Source: Tubiluchus corallicola (taxonomy: Eukaryota; Animalia; Priapulida). Taken from it: a DNA stretch of 64,000 bases. Location of the stretch: assembly GCA_030141605.1 (NCBI GenBank), contig JAQGDQ010000002.1, positions 434,001 to 498,000 of the forward strand, read 5' to 3'. This document shows, one piece after another, positions 27,757 through 41,400 of the stretch. The notes below the pieces were generated by a model, which saw nothing but the letters and a program-made list of their open reading frames with translations, did not search any database and was not told the origin of the DNA. Every line of letters starts with the position of its first letter. The first letter of the stretch is position 1. The position numbers and the translations under genes were made by a program.

Positions 27757-28035
27757 GGCCAGTGCCGAGATGTGGCTGATGCCGAGATGTGGCTGATGCC
27801 GAGATGTGGCTGACGCTGAGATGTGGCCAGTGCCGAGATGTGGCTGATGCCGAGATGTGGCTGACGCTGAGATGTGGCCAGTGCTGAGATATTGCCAATG
27901 CTGAGACTTTGCCAGTGCCCAGAGATGGCTGGTGCCAAGAGGTGACCTGTGCTAAGATGTGGCCAATGCAGAAAAATAATTAGTATCGAAATGTAACCAA
28001 TGCCCAGAAATAGCCGAGGCTGAGATGTGGTTATT
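27757..28035. repeat. 17-bp minisatellite, ~16 units (consensus GCYGAGATGTGGCYRRT)
   Basis: Exact 17-bp period from 27764 (27764, 27781, 27798 ... 28019), diverging to the right. Confidence 0.95.
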
Positions 28036-29342
28036 GTGGTTACAACTAAGTTTGCTGACCTAACTGAACAGTCATATTTGGATGAATATCTCTCGTAATT
28101 TGCTTGAAAGTACTTCTGAATGCTTATGAGGTCTGTAAATAATGCCTGTACTCATCTTAAATTTTAGGGTTTATCACTGTCGCCCGTAGTCTTCGGTAGT
28201 TTCTCAGCACATAATATCATAACGAAATTGCTAGCTAAATAGCCAGATATTATAGTGTTAGTATCGTAGTGATGAGCCATCACTCACGTGACAATGTCCT
28301 AGTGATGAATCGTGATTTGTGTTTTTTGCACCAATTTATCTTTTAGTTCTCCAATGAAAACTAATCCCGATTAAAACCTGTCTAAACTTGGCGGATTTAA
28401 GTGCAATCTTCTTATATATCAGCAGCTACAAACTCGTAACAGCAAATCAGCAATAATACTTTATCGTTAACTATAGACCATTCATGTTACATTAGGGCGT
28501 GAGAGGATTGTATTCTTACATTTGAATATTTCTAAATGCGATGAAAATTCGCCATTCTATTTAATCATCCCTTTCAGAGCGCAAGCATGTTTAAACGTTT
28601 GAATTAAAGCCAACGTGTATTTATTTAGCAGTTAATTCCTTTTGCTTAATAAACGAGCGCACGTTAACGCAGAGAAAGTGGTTTGTGAAGTCTGGTAAAT
28701 GTCTGACACAATAAGGGACATTAAGGGTGCAACTGCAAGTTCATTTATATTTACAAATGATTACATGGTTGTGCTGTGGCGTTTATTATTACCTGCGATA
28801 TTAAGCAGCATTGAATATTCGCCGAGGACGTCCGTAGGTAATGCTGTGACGGGCACTTTACTTTATTTTTTGTAAATATGAACAGGGTCTCTCGATTCTG
28901 ATCGATTCGTTGTCTAGGGTGATAATGATTGTGTTTCTCATGTAAGTCGTTAAGGAGAGAATGCGTCCATCTTGTGTCATTTCCAAGTTATAATTTACCC
29001 GGAAAACCCAAGTCACCTTATGGGAATATCGTCCAAGGTCAAATATCATCAATTGAAAACCAGTACATTTCAACATGTACATATAATTCTAATATTATAT
29101 CTTTCTTGCACCATGTGCGTTTAATACATTCCACAGAATTCTAAGACTTCTCTCATGCGTCATTGCGCAGCATTTTTGGAGAGCTGACCTTTAACTGCTA
29201 GTGAAGTTATTTAACAACGGTTGACTCCAAATTCAAAACTATTAGAGAAAACACTACACCTAGGTAATTTGTAAATTTCCAGTCTAATAAACTGTAGTGC
29301 TCGATCCACAGATTGCTACCAGTTTAGACGTGTGTGACATCC

Positions 29343-29422
<80 letters not shown>

Positions 29423-29448
29423 GCGTGTGCGTGTGTGCGTGTGTGTGT
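29343..29448. repeat. (TA)n(TG)n microsatellite
   Basis: Directly visible. Confidence 0.95.
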
Positions 29449-31825
29449 AGTTTTGCTTCCATATAATTCTGCATGAAATGGCATGCCATTCCATGTTAGT
29501 GCTGCCATCTATTGAATAGGCGCAAAAGTTTATAAGTAGGTGCCTTTTGTAACACATAATCAATAACAATTTTTGTTACTAAGCAACGCTACAGTTTCAT
29601 ATCTACCTGTCCCTTTAAGGTAATCTAATTTTTGCCACTTCACAGGTTTAACAACTTAAATAAATATTTAACTTTTCTATTTCATTTTTTACAACTTTTT
29701 ATAATAACTGTTGTTAAGAAGCTCAGCAAAAAATTTATTGCCTTTTATACGTGTGCACCCCTTGCGACAGTTCTCACGTAGACATGCTCAGCCACCAATA
29801 AACGCAAAACGAGGTTATTAACATTGAGCGCTACAGAATCCGCAATTATTGTTGGCTGGTAAATTACTGTGAACATACTCGATAGCATTTAAAATACTAC
29901 TGTACACAGTACAACCGCAAGTATTTTCTTATTACATAAAACGTTTTAGAAAATTAACCAACTACTTGTTTCTAGCGGTGACCAGTATGCAGAAAACGGT
30001 GCCTTAGTCATCTTGATCTTGCAGTAGCTTGAAATCTGAGTGAACAAATTTTCGCACTTCCAGATAGAAAGACTATTTTAGACGACTTTTGCATTCGTTA
30101 TGTTATTCTAGTGGTTTCATCTTTCAATTACGAAGACAAGTGAATCATTGAGTCACTGCGTTTTACATCACTAATCATAACGTTTCTATTCTACTTGTAC
30201 TAATGATGTAGAGCTATGTATGATATGTGATTTTAAAACTATGTATGTACCGTAGTTGATCGTGGCGCCAGCTATACAATTAAAGCGACTTAAACTGCTA
30301 TTGGATTGACTGGTGATTGTGATACTTAATTAATTAATTAGCTGCTATTATGAAGCGAGTATTCTGGGTTTCCGGTGTGCCGAGCAAAAAGGAAAAGGTG
30401 AGATAATAAATGTGTGTACGGCTATGTCTAACTGAACCCTTTCCCACTGAAATATTGACAGCTGATGCACTTATCTTTTGAATACATTACGCCATATGAA
30501 AACATGCATTAAAACTTTAAGAAAAAGTATCAGTTTGTTGCGTTGGGAATGATTAAAAGGAAAACATGTCTCAGAGTAGGCTAGTTAATAGACTATAGTT
30601 GCTGTCATAAACGAATACATAGTTGTACAAACAGATTTTTCCAAACTTATGTTTTCCAGGTACATATTGTTTACTCTTTGTGTTCGTTAAGCTGTGTTGT
30701 TATTTGCATTTTTACGCTCAAAAGTCTGACACCAGCATCAAATAAATAAGTGAGGAAATATTTGTAAAACATGGATGAACACAAAACTGACAAAAGTGTT
30801 TATTGTATTGTCAGCCACCATAATTAGTTTACCATACTAATGTTGTTAGATTTTTGTTAGCACATCCTTAATTATGCGGGAAGGCAATATAGTCGCTGTA
30901 TTATATTTACTATATATACATATATAACTAACTTGAAAACTGGGATGCTTATATTTTAGATTAGTACTTTCGTAAAATATTTAATATCTAAAGAATTTAT
31001 TCTAATTAGCCTCGGCTTTTTACAGTTAGGCTGCATTTCACCATTGTTTGCGCCTAGCACCTGCTTAAATAAAACAGCATAGGGAACCGGGATTAGCATC
31101 TTGAAATCCACAATTGTTTTATGATGGAATGAACCCATAATTTTTTAAACTTTTGAAATTAAACTTGGCCGAAAGAAAGGAAATTGTTTTTCAGGGCTGT
31201 AGATTCGTGAATGTTTTTATTTGTATGTTTCGATTTTATAGCTACGAACTAATCACCAGTTTACAAAAACTTATCACGGTATACGCCACTGCTAATTCGA
31301 ACTATATTTAGTTCTTTATATAGGCGATGTTTTGTTACTAAGAAGTCTGGAACGACTTTTGCTTTTCGTTCGAAAGTTAGGCAGCGCTGAATTGAAATTC
31401 CTAGCATTCTTTCACATTGAGCTTTAGTCATAACAAAGTCAACTAACTCTATTTAATTCTACATTCAGTCTACAGTATGTTTATAAAATTATCCACGGCA
31501 CTATGTAAATTTCAACGTAGTGTTTATAATTCCGAGGTGATAAAATGTAATTATACTGCACGCTGAACATTCGTTTAAATATTGGATTTTAAGGCACTTT
31601 AAAATGAGAAAATTTGTGCGTTCATTAAAACCCGAAAGCACAAAAGCTGCGAAAACATTGGATTGATTTTTTCTTTACAGAAATGCAAAAATTCTTACTC
31701 GACTTAGCTATTTACGAATTATTTTTGGCCATTTCACGCTAACACGACTTACTGAAACAATTTTCTTGCCATATAGAGATTATTTGTGATTTTTTAAAGC
31801 GTTTCCGAAAATTTGCAATCACGAA

Positions 31826-31957
31826 AATGTCATATTTTGCAGAATCATATTTGATTTAAGCTTCAGGAGTTGAGTTACCCGATGTTGACACAACGTCATA
31901 TTACGCAACACCATATTTCATTTATGTTGCAGGAGGTGAGTTACCCAATGCTGACAA
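31826..31957 (+). repeat. 66-bp imperfect tandem duplication covering a 3' splice site
   Basis: catatttgatttaagcttCAGgagttgagttacccgATGttgaca versus catatttcatttatgttgCAGgaggtgagttacccaATGctgaca; CAGs at 31864 and 31930. Confidence 0.85.
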
Positions 31958-32043
31958 CTTTTAAGCCACTTAGCGCAAAAACAAACGGAAGTTTGAACAA
32001 AATACGACTTCATGAAGACAGCTTTACTTCTTCTTCCTCACAG
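31933..32043 (+). CDS. Candidate exon upstream of the PDZ half-exon (EVSYPMLTTF...SSSSQ; possible start ATG at 31948)
   Basis: Acceptor ttgcAG at 31931-31932, 111-nt open frame, phase-0 donor CAG|GTTTGT matching the phase-0 start of the next exon. No homology recognised. Confidence 0.4.
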
Positions 32044-32777
32044 GTTTGTAAATGTAATGTTATTGTTTTATTACCTAAGTATTTCGGAAACTATTTCTAT
32101 TTGGCTAGAAAAATTAACAAATAAAAATCTTTAACTGTGAAATAGTAATAAAATTGTATTTTTTCTACGTTAAAAAACTAATGCATACTTCGATGGTACA
32201 TTAATTTCTTATATTTCTGCATTATCTGTACTATTATACAGAGTTATAACAGATAATATGGACGAGCTTATAATAAATGGCTACATGTGTGCTGTGCCAT
32301 ACTGTGCGAAGCACGTTGATACATTTAATAAAGGCAAGGAACGATTATTCAAAGTGAATGAGCTAGACGGATAGTTAAATGGACAAGTTCAAACCAGGAA
32401 TTCCTATTGTTCATAAACTTTAGGTTCTATTTCAAAGTAATTCACTGGATCTTTTTAGATTTTTGTAGGTAATAGCTTGTTTTTTCCACAATTCAATGAC
32501 GGCCAAGGCCAAGGGTTCCTTATTCTCGTACATGAGATATAAGATATCTAGTGTAAATTCATGTTATAGTCGTTCATGCTACTTATAGTAATTCTGTCTG
32601 CATAGCCTTGTTCAAGTGAAGCAACAAGAATTTTTTTGCGCAGATTTGTTGTAGAATGTAGACATAATTAGAGCCTACTTGCCAATTAAATAAATGTATT
32701 AGCGATTTTGACACAACTTGATCTATTTTCTTAAAATTGTTAAATAGGTCTACTTTCATAATATTTTATGTTCGCAG

Positions 32778-32901
32778 GAGGATGATCGTTTAATTCGAAA
32801 TGTTTGGCTTTCTATGAAATCATCGGAGAAAAGATTTGGATTCTCACTGATAGGTGGCGCTGACGAGGAACAGAAGCCAGAAATTGACGAAATAGCTAAA
32901 G
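32778..32901 (+). CDS. Exon encoding the N-terminal half of a PDZ domain (missed by the ORF track); probably an alternative 5' exon of PALS1/stardust
   Basis: ttatgttcgcAG | EDDRLIRNVWLSMKSSEKRFGFSLIGGADEEQKPEIDEIAK-G | GTACG. It has betaA, the carboxylate-binding loop/betaB (RFGFSLIGG) and betaC (PEIDEI). Length 124 nt, phase 0 to phase 1. Confidence 0.85.
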
Positions 32902-33421
32902 GTACGCGATGCACTGCAATAAATTTAGGCCTACTTCGTAATAATTATGAACAGCCTATTGCAGTATAGTTTTTTCTTCTTAGTGTCGGTTTTCTTCTAT
33001 TTTTTTGGTTATCAGTACTTGTGCTTGATATCCAAAATTTAGTTTAATGTCTGTTGGCGTGAAAAGCTTTCTCACATAAAATCAAAATGTGAAAAGCGTT
33101 AACAAAGAAAATCAAAACTTAGCATATGAAAAAATGTGATTGTTGACAAGACAACAATTTCCGTTGTCCGACAGATGACGCCAGCATTTTTAAGACCTAG
33201 AGACCATTTAAAATTTTATATAATGGCCCCGCTGGCCTCGTGTAGGCCCACACGAAAACAAACCAAAAATACGCTCCGTAACATTTATAAAAGCACTTCT
33301 ATCAAAACGTCAAAAGTAAACACTTCTTTCTCGCCCAAAGTCGAGACTTAGACCAGCTGCTAGTAGCTGCTAACCAACGGCCGAAACAAAAAGAACATGC
33401 ATTTGCGAAAGCACTTCGGAA

Positions 33422-33597
33422 GGAGTTTACAATTCCCCACAACTTAAATACCTTGACTCCTAGCCCTAGCCCTAACCATAATCCAACCCTAACCCTAATC
33501 CTAATCCTAACCATAATCCTAGTCCGCTTCATTTCTTATTTCTGAACTAATTTCTTATTTGTGGGAATTTGGAAATATGGGGAATTACAAAACGTCC
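33422..33597. mobile_element. MITE-like element with imperfect TIRs and an internal telomere-like (CCCTAA)-type tract
   Basis: Left GGAGTTTACAATTCCCCA versus reverse complement of right end GGACGTTTTGTAATTCCCCA. CCCTAA/TCCTAA/CCATAA hexamers at 33458-33522. Confidence 0.65.
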
Positions 33598-35869
33598 TAA
33601 GTAAAAACTTCTGTCTCACACAGTAATACAATAAGAATGGGACTAGACCAGCATCTTACACTAATTGGAGACTGAAATAAAAAACTTATTAAGAATGACT
33701 TATCATAACTGCATGATTGTCTTGCGATGCTCCATTGTAGACATTGTACTGAGAACTGTTTGCACTAAAAGTACTCTTTAATAGACTTGATTTAGCTACT
33801 CACTTATTAATAACGTCCTTGATTTTAACCTAAGCAAGATTCGATCAAACGAAATGTGGTTATAAAAGACTGGCGCTCTTACCAGGATGTGGCAGAATCT
33901 GATATAAAACAAACATCACGCCACATCTCAACTTTTGCTAGAGTTCTTTAATTTCTGAATTACCCAGGTAATAGAGCTAACAGCATCTCGCTTGAGAATA
34001 CGTGCTTCGCTTAACATTTATTACATCAGTCTAGTTGCCATTAATGCAACAGCATTTACAGTCAAGCTATAAGCGACACTGACTCTGATATGCCTTTGAT
34101 TGATTAGTCGATGCATATATAAGATCATTGCTAATTCCATTCCATCGACTCAGGGACCAAACTGAATTTAGAAGTAAGTGGAATGAACAGTTTTACTGTG
34201 AGAGCACGCAATATGAATAGCTTCGCGGCAGCCATTCTCGCCTGCTTCTGATTCATCAATCTAAACCACTATAGACGGTTATAGGAAAAGCAATAAATGT
34301 CACAGAGAAGAAGAGTTGAAGATGTATTTGACAGCTGTATTGAGAATAATAGTCTACTCTCGGGGAAGTAATTCCCAAGATTGCTAGCAACAGAAACAGT
34401 CCTGTAGATCTTTCTGTCTCTTAATAGGTCTATCAGATTTCTAGTTGACAAAAGCGAACAAAGTTAAGAAACATAACATAAGTAATATAATAGGTTTTGT
34501 GTAGGAATAGACAAATCAAGCTTACTAGCAAATAGTTCTATAGATTATATCTTAGTGAGCTTGCATCATTATTTCATTCTAAATTGCCATTAAATGGTAA
34601 ATGAACAAACAAATAAACACTAACCAAACACACATATCAAATATAATAATTTTAGCTGGGATTAACTGAATAATAGAATTTTAGCTACTGAACTGTTGAT
34701 AAGCCTGAGTTAATAAGCCTAACAGTTTATGTACTATCTACAGTTAATCAAAGCTAATTAACTGAAAAAGATGCTGAAAAATTGTGAGTTACTAGGATGC
34801 ATGCTGATAACTCTAATGGGAGAGCTTGCGACCTGATTTCGCAAGGTTATGGATTCGCATTCCTAGTTTACTCATATTTTTTATCTTCTTCTTTTAATAA
34901 ATTATCTGTTAAATTAATTTTTGACTATACAGGATCGTGCAGTAAAAACGTCCCACCTTACTAACTTGTAAACATTTTTTCTGGTAGAGGTATTTGTAAA
35001 AGAGGCTCATACTCATACCATCGTGTAACCCGGTTTCTCCTCTTTCCAGAAAATTATAAATTTCCTTCTTTCACCACGCGCAGCTGGAAAGCTTTTTCTG
35101 CATGGTGTTCCACCTGGGACGGCTGGCGAAAAACCTCCAAAAATGGTCGCTTGTCACTCATTGCCGGAACACCATATAAAAAACCCCAGCGTTATTAGGA
35201 GAGAAATTTACAGCTCTTTGCAAAGAGAAGTAAGAGTCAAACCACGAAACAAACAAAAGCAAACAGGCAAGCAGCAAGTAAGCAAGAAAACAAACAGACA
35301 AACAAGTAGGACTTAAATTGCGTTTTTGTCAAATTTACTGTTTTGTCCATGCAAGCTTAATTATATAACAAGCAATGCATGCATCAGTCACGGCTCTTTT
35401 GCTGATGTTATATGGTGGATGGTGTGCCAGTTTTATGGAATGTTTAATGCATGCGGCACGTTAATACATAATTGACGTAAGATGTAATTAATCACAGCTA
35501 CGATGCCATAATTATAATAAACGGTGCAAAATTAATCTAATTTGTTATAGCATTAAGCCTTGCCTAAGCGGCTATGCATGTTTGGCTTCACATCAGACTT
35601 AAAATTATGAACATATGATAATTTCGTCCCCAGTTTAACTGTGTACAATTATTAATATAACTCTAGTGAACATAGTAAACAGAGGGTATAGAGGTATAAT
35701 ATTATAATTAAGGCTATATTCGCTGAAAATTTTAATAGTCTCTACACATGCAACTGAAATCAGACAAAATTGCGTTAACTTAGTTGAATGTACGGTACAC
35801 GCACAAGACTAAGCGGCACAAGCGTAGTGCAACTAAATTGATGGATCATGATGTGGATGGCTGAGTGGA

Positions 35870-36215
35870 TCGAGTGGATCATTTGGGCTTAGAAAATCCT
35901 TGTTACCATGTATTGTTTTTTTAATAATCGTGAAGCCAGAGTTAAAGTTGCAAATGTAATTTCTTCACCTCACTATTTATCAGTGGGTATCCCTCAATGT
36001 CTCTGTATTGGGCCAATTGTCTTTCAAATGATCATTAATAATGTATGTAAAGAGATTCCGACGACCCGCTACACTATAAATACGTTGAAGATTTAACGTT
36101 GGTGGAGGGTACAACTCACTTCAGAGACTCAAATATGCAGAATTATGTTAATAACTTGATAATAATTTCTGTTCAACAGACTACGAAATTAAATGCAGAC
36201 AGTTGTAAAACCCTG
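35870..36215 (+). mobile_element. LINE reverse transcriptase fragment (CR1/L2-group)
   Basis: FFNNREARVKVANVISSPHYLSVGIPQCLCIGPIVFQMIINN (ORF 35908-36096), then a degenerate YADD-equivalent and KLNADSCK. Confidence 0.75.
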
Positions 36216-36220
36216 AGTTT

Positions 36221-36321
36221 CACTCACTCACTCACTCACTCACTCACTCACTCACTCACTCACTCACTCACTCACCTACTCACATACTCACATACTCACT
36301 TACTCACTTACTCACTTACTC

Positions 36322-36394
<73 letters not shown>

Positions 36395-36432
36395 TTTGCT
36401 TGCTTGTTTGCTTGCTTGCTTACTTACTTACT
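36221..36432. repeat. Compound tetranucleotide microsatellite (CACT)n(CTTA)n(CTTG)n
   Basis: Directly visible. Confidence 0.95.
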
Positions 36433-38109
36433 AATGAATACAGTTTAAGCCAAAAAATATTGTTTTCACTGGCGCTGTATAGGCTTTGCAAAAAGGTATT
36501 CAGTAAAGTTGGATGATGTCAACAATACTAGAATGCCCGGCCTCACGTACGATTTTACCATCCAAAGCACCGAGTTTGGCAACTGGAGTTGATGATGTGT
36601 GATTGGTGTTCTTTTTATAGCTTTGCGCTTCCAGTTAATAAGATTATATTCAGAGTTATTGTAGTGAGAGTGCTACCGGCCTTTAACCACCGATCTAGCA
36701 GAAGTTTAACATATCTGTTTACTTTTCGTCATTACACAAATTGATTTATTTATTATTTTGTGTTTGCACCTGGAAAGTGATTGCAATTCTTTTCGAAATT
36801 TGATTTAAGATGTAGGTATGCAGCTGTGCATTGTAGACCAGTTTGCTAAATAACATACCAAAGAATCAATGAAAATATTTTAATGTAAGCAGTACAAACT
36901 GTAATCCAGACGATATCGCAGGCAAATTCAAACCTAAGCCCTTATTTGTATTATCACTAGCATCTCGTGACTTTCTTGTATTTATTACTGTAATTTTACC
37001 TTAGTCTCAGAATTGCAACAGTAAGGCTGTTCCTGCATCAAGATTCTGATTTGTTTCTAGTCTCAATCGAATAAGCGATTTTATACGCATCAGTAAAATT
37101 GGAAAGACGGCAAATATTATCCTTCATTCAAGGAAAATTAGATTTTGAATTGCGCATCGTTTGCGCAAAACGCCCGTTGTTCATAACAGGATTGTCCTAA
37201 TGAAAGAGAATTCAGGTTACGTAATTGGACTGCATGCCGCTGATTAAAGCTTAGAGAGCAAGCCAGTATTTTTAGCTGTAACTTCTTATTTTCATGCATA
37301 TAAGCAAAAGTCCGTAGGAAGCAAACTCAAGCTGGTGGGCGAAAAGCCTAAAAAAATTCCCGTGAGCATTGACGAAAAGGGCCCACTAGTCCAAAGTTTC
37401 GAATATGCATTGTATATACGTATTCTAGCAATTGGATCTTTGGATCTGCTAGAATTTTGTATAATAAATTCGCCCACAATTCATCCGGGTGGGCCCGATT
37501 CAAAAAATAAACACCCAATGAGACCAAACTAGATCGAGACCTTTCATTTGATATATAGATTGCCGCAGCAAGTGGTGCCGTCGTTGGAGCTGTAGCCTCG
37601 AATCTTATATATAATATATAACATACTACCGAAATTAATATATACGATTTCATTTCGTGTTTCATAAGGTTAAGCTACAGAAGAAAACTTCATAGCTAAA
37701 ACTCAATGAGAGTATGTTAGTTCACATTGCTATAGTAACCACCACTTTAGTGCCAATGTTATACTTTGCAACTTAGATCGCAATACAGTTTTTAAGTTTA
37801 AACAGCACAATGTTTTACGATTCATTTTTAAAAAAATGTTACGTATAATTTTAGGAATACAGAATTAGAACGATCATAAATAAATTAATGTTGATGCTCA
37901 GCAAGTAAAAACGTAGTTATTGTTAATAACAGTTAAAAATGGCACGCATGCTACAAAACTACAATTACATACATATAAGCAAGCAGCTATGAGTATGCAC
38001 TGCAGTTACAATGAAACGTAACAGTTATTTTAACTAGCCTACAGTTCATTTAACATAAAACGATTCATGTCCGATAGTTGAATGTGATCTCTTCTACTCT
38101 GTTATACAA

Positions 38110-38400
38110 ACATTTCAAACATGGCTTTTTTAAAAGTACCAGTACTATGTTGCTCCTAGGATTGGCCTGTTAGGCACTTGTACATCCCAAAAACTGGAGA
38201 TGGGCAATATGATACCAACGCCTCTGAAACAAGATGGACTCTGTCTTCTTAAGCGAATTTTTAAATGCGCTATTTTGAGAATGAAGTCTTGCCATATTTG
38301 CAACAGGAAATGTCATTATGTGTCTTTTATGTCTTGTGATGCCGGAAAAATTCAATGTTCATTGTTTTCCAAACTGTTTGCGACAGCATTGTGTAGCAAA
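38110..38400 (+). mobile_element. Highly decayed CR1-like 3' ORF2 fragment
   Basis: ALVHPK/LEMGNMI.TPLKQD...LKRI..CA resembles the CR1 LVRPxLEY...WxPxLKKDIxxLERVQRRA motif across frameshifts. Confidence 0.4.
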
Positions 38401-41400
38401 ATCACTCTCTGTTGAAAATCTTTATAACTTGAATCTCGTTTTATTTAGCTATTTATAAAAATGTGTCTCCTATGTACAGGAAAACGACATTTAAGAACTA
38501 AAAATTAAATTGACTGATAATGAAAAGTCTTAAAAACTGTGTAATGAATTTGGAAAATGTAAAAGACTTATTGAATACAGCCTCCTATGGGCCACAGCCG
38601 TCTCCTAACTCACTTCCGTTTTTTAACTGCAGCCTTTTTTGAAGGTTTTCCAGTGAAAAATACGAGAAAAAAGAAGTTATTCAACATATTGTCATTTATG
38701 AAATGATAAACATCGCAGACGGAGTACTGTTCTCTCATAATGTATAAAATGTAGCGAAAATTTTGCACAGTTGAACTTACAAGAATGCTATTTATTGATT
38801 TCAAGAGTCGTCAACATTGTTCGAAGTGTTTGTGTAAAAATCATACACTGTCCGATGGCTTGTATAGAACGAATATTAATAAAGCAGTTTAAATTGCTTT
38901 CGAGTTACTGAATTATAGCATCACTTTATAAGTCCAAGAATTTTTTCACGTCAGTTTTATATTACGCAACTTTCATGACTTTAACATATTCCTTTTGAAC
39001 TTGACAATGTTACACCAATTTAATAATCCTCTACATATACACTCTGGAAGACCAGAAAACATCAGTGGATGAAATAGGATATGACTGAAGTCATTGAGTG
39101 TTATTCTGTAGTGAATATTGTTGCGCCGTTTATCACATACTTTAGTCGAACTGCATCTAGCTAATTTAACAGAATTTCTCTGCGCCGATTGCAATAAAAT
39201 GTCATGAATATCATTATGATTTCGTATGTAAACATGCAGGTTTTCATTAAATTTTACGATGGACGACGTAAAATGGTTCAGTTGGCAATAACTATGAATA
39301 ATATAAATTTATCATGCTTTGCTGATCTGACGCCGGATAAACTTTGATTTTTGCCATACACCAATTCAGCAATCTGTATATACTAGATATAGACCTAAGT
39401 GTACTGTTATAATTATATTGTGAGAAATCATGTGCAGCACTTATTGCAAAACTTAATGTAGAATGTGCTATTCAGAAAACGCCTGCGTGGCATTCCGACA
39501 AAATTGAGTTTCAAAAGAATCACAAATTTTGATAAAGTCAATAAAAACTTGCTGAATTATAAAAAAAATAAAAGTTAATAAAAAGACCAATTTTAGCACA
39601 GTAATTTTTGCTTCATACACTGCAGTTCTCAGATCAGACTGTGCGAAAACGCTATGATACGGAATTGCATAGTTAATTTGACTTTGGAAAATTGAAGCCA
39701 TGTGGTTTAAACATCTCAGCAGTTTCCACTAGGCTGATACTAAGCTCAGCATCGATACACAGAGTACGTTACGCTATTGGCTGATGCTTTACTGTGTGAC
39801 ATGCGGGGTACTCGATAACTACAACCATGCAGTCAGTTGTGTTATTAGTAGTGTGTGCACTATGAAGTTTGTGCGAACTTTCTCATTAAGAAGTGGATTA
39901 TTGACGTCTCTTTGTGCTTTTCTGGCGTAATTTGCTCATTATTCATTGTGTGCAAAGTTCATTTACAGTGGGTCATTACATTATTGTCAGGGTGGAAAGC
40001 AATGAGTTGATAAAAAAGCAGCTTCGGATTTCTGTGCATAGCGTTGCGAGGTGGTTTAAAGAACGCGTGTTTAATTTTTCTAAAACTTAATTTATGCATG
40101 CTTCATACATATTTGAGCCAGTGGCCAAGGACGCAGGGTGTTTCCAGTGGAGGTTCTATATGGTTCCAAATCGCCTACACATGCTTTCGTTGTTTAGTTG
40201 TTAGTAATCAGTTCACAATAATAAAAACTTATTTTTAAGAGACGTACGCCCTTCGCAAAATGACCTTTAGACAATTTCTTAAACGGTAGGTTGTAATTGG
40301 ACAGGAACTCGAAGTATCAAAATGGAAAATCTGGTAAACAGTTGAGGCTTGCAAACTGAAGACCACTGAACCATTTCAATTATGTAACTCCAATATGATA
40401 GATTAAAAGATAGTATAAGCCTCTATAGTAATGTATTACGTTAAATTTAGAAGGTAAAGACCAAGGAACAAAGAAAAGGAAAGCGTGGATGTTCTTAAAT
40501 GTTGCGAGTAAAGTGAGTATGTTTTGAACCATGGGAAAAATATTTGCGTTACAAGTCGAAGCATAATTTAATTTTACTTAAGCCTCAGTCAGTGTTAGAA
40601 ATGAACTTGGTTACATTTTATCTGTAGTGGTAAGCCTTTTTTGCATTTTGCAGAATATCCGTGAATAAACGGTTAGAGTCTTGGTTGCCATTATGACTGT
40701 GATCATTGTGTGGAAATACTGCTTGGCTCAATAACCATTGTGCGATCTCCAGCGCATTTACAACCGACCATTCATTATTCATAGAAAAGAATTATAGCAT
40801 AGTTCACTTCGAGGATAGTAAATTAGCCAGAAAGCTGGAAAAAGGGCACAGTGAACTATATCAGTAGGAAGAGAAATGTGAAGCAATCAATTTTGCTTTT
40901 TGGCTAATAATAGTGGCGCAGTGCAACTTGGCTAACTGATTAAGAGCAGTTTTGCGATAAATTAAACGCTGCAAATTTACATTTTTAATTAAAGAGACAC
41001 CGACCCAAGTATAATTAATACTTCTTTTTTTCTTGTAAGTGTAAAGCGCTCCACGTACTAGCATAATGTGGCAATGTGACATACAAAAAATATCTACAGC
41101 ACCTCTCTCGCCATCTACCAAACTAACATTTGTAAATAACAATTAGCAAACAGAAACAAATGCAGCTATCTAATTCTGATACTATTGCAAATTACAACGA
41201 AAAAAGATAATTCACTTCCAGATTTACTACAGTTTTCAAAAATTTAAAATTCAATTTTGTGCAACACTTTTTTAAGATTTAATTGCCTGTCTAATCATCA
41301 TTACTAGCGTGAAGGGGAAAACTTGGCAACTGAAGTTAAGCAACACCGAATTCGGTAAGTAAATGGATAGAATCAATGGATGACCGGTGTTTGACCACCG

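Noticed and set aside
27750-27938. Repetitive ORF (SALATSQRQPHLGISHI)n
   Set aside because: Translation of the 17-bp minisatellite.
39970-40050. VGHYIIVRVESNELIK as the missing C-terminal PDZ half
   Set aside because: It lacks the GD and VNG motifs, has the wrong context and has a poor donor.
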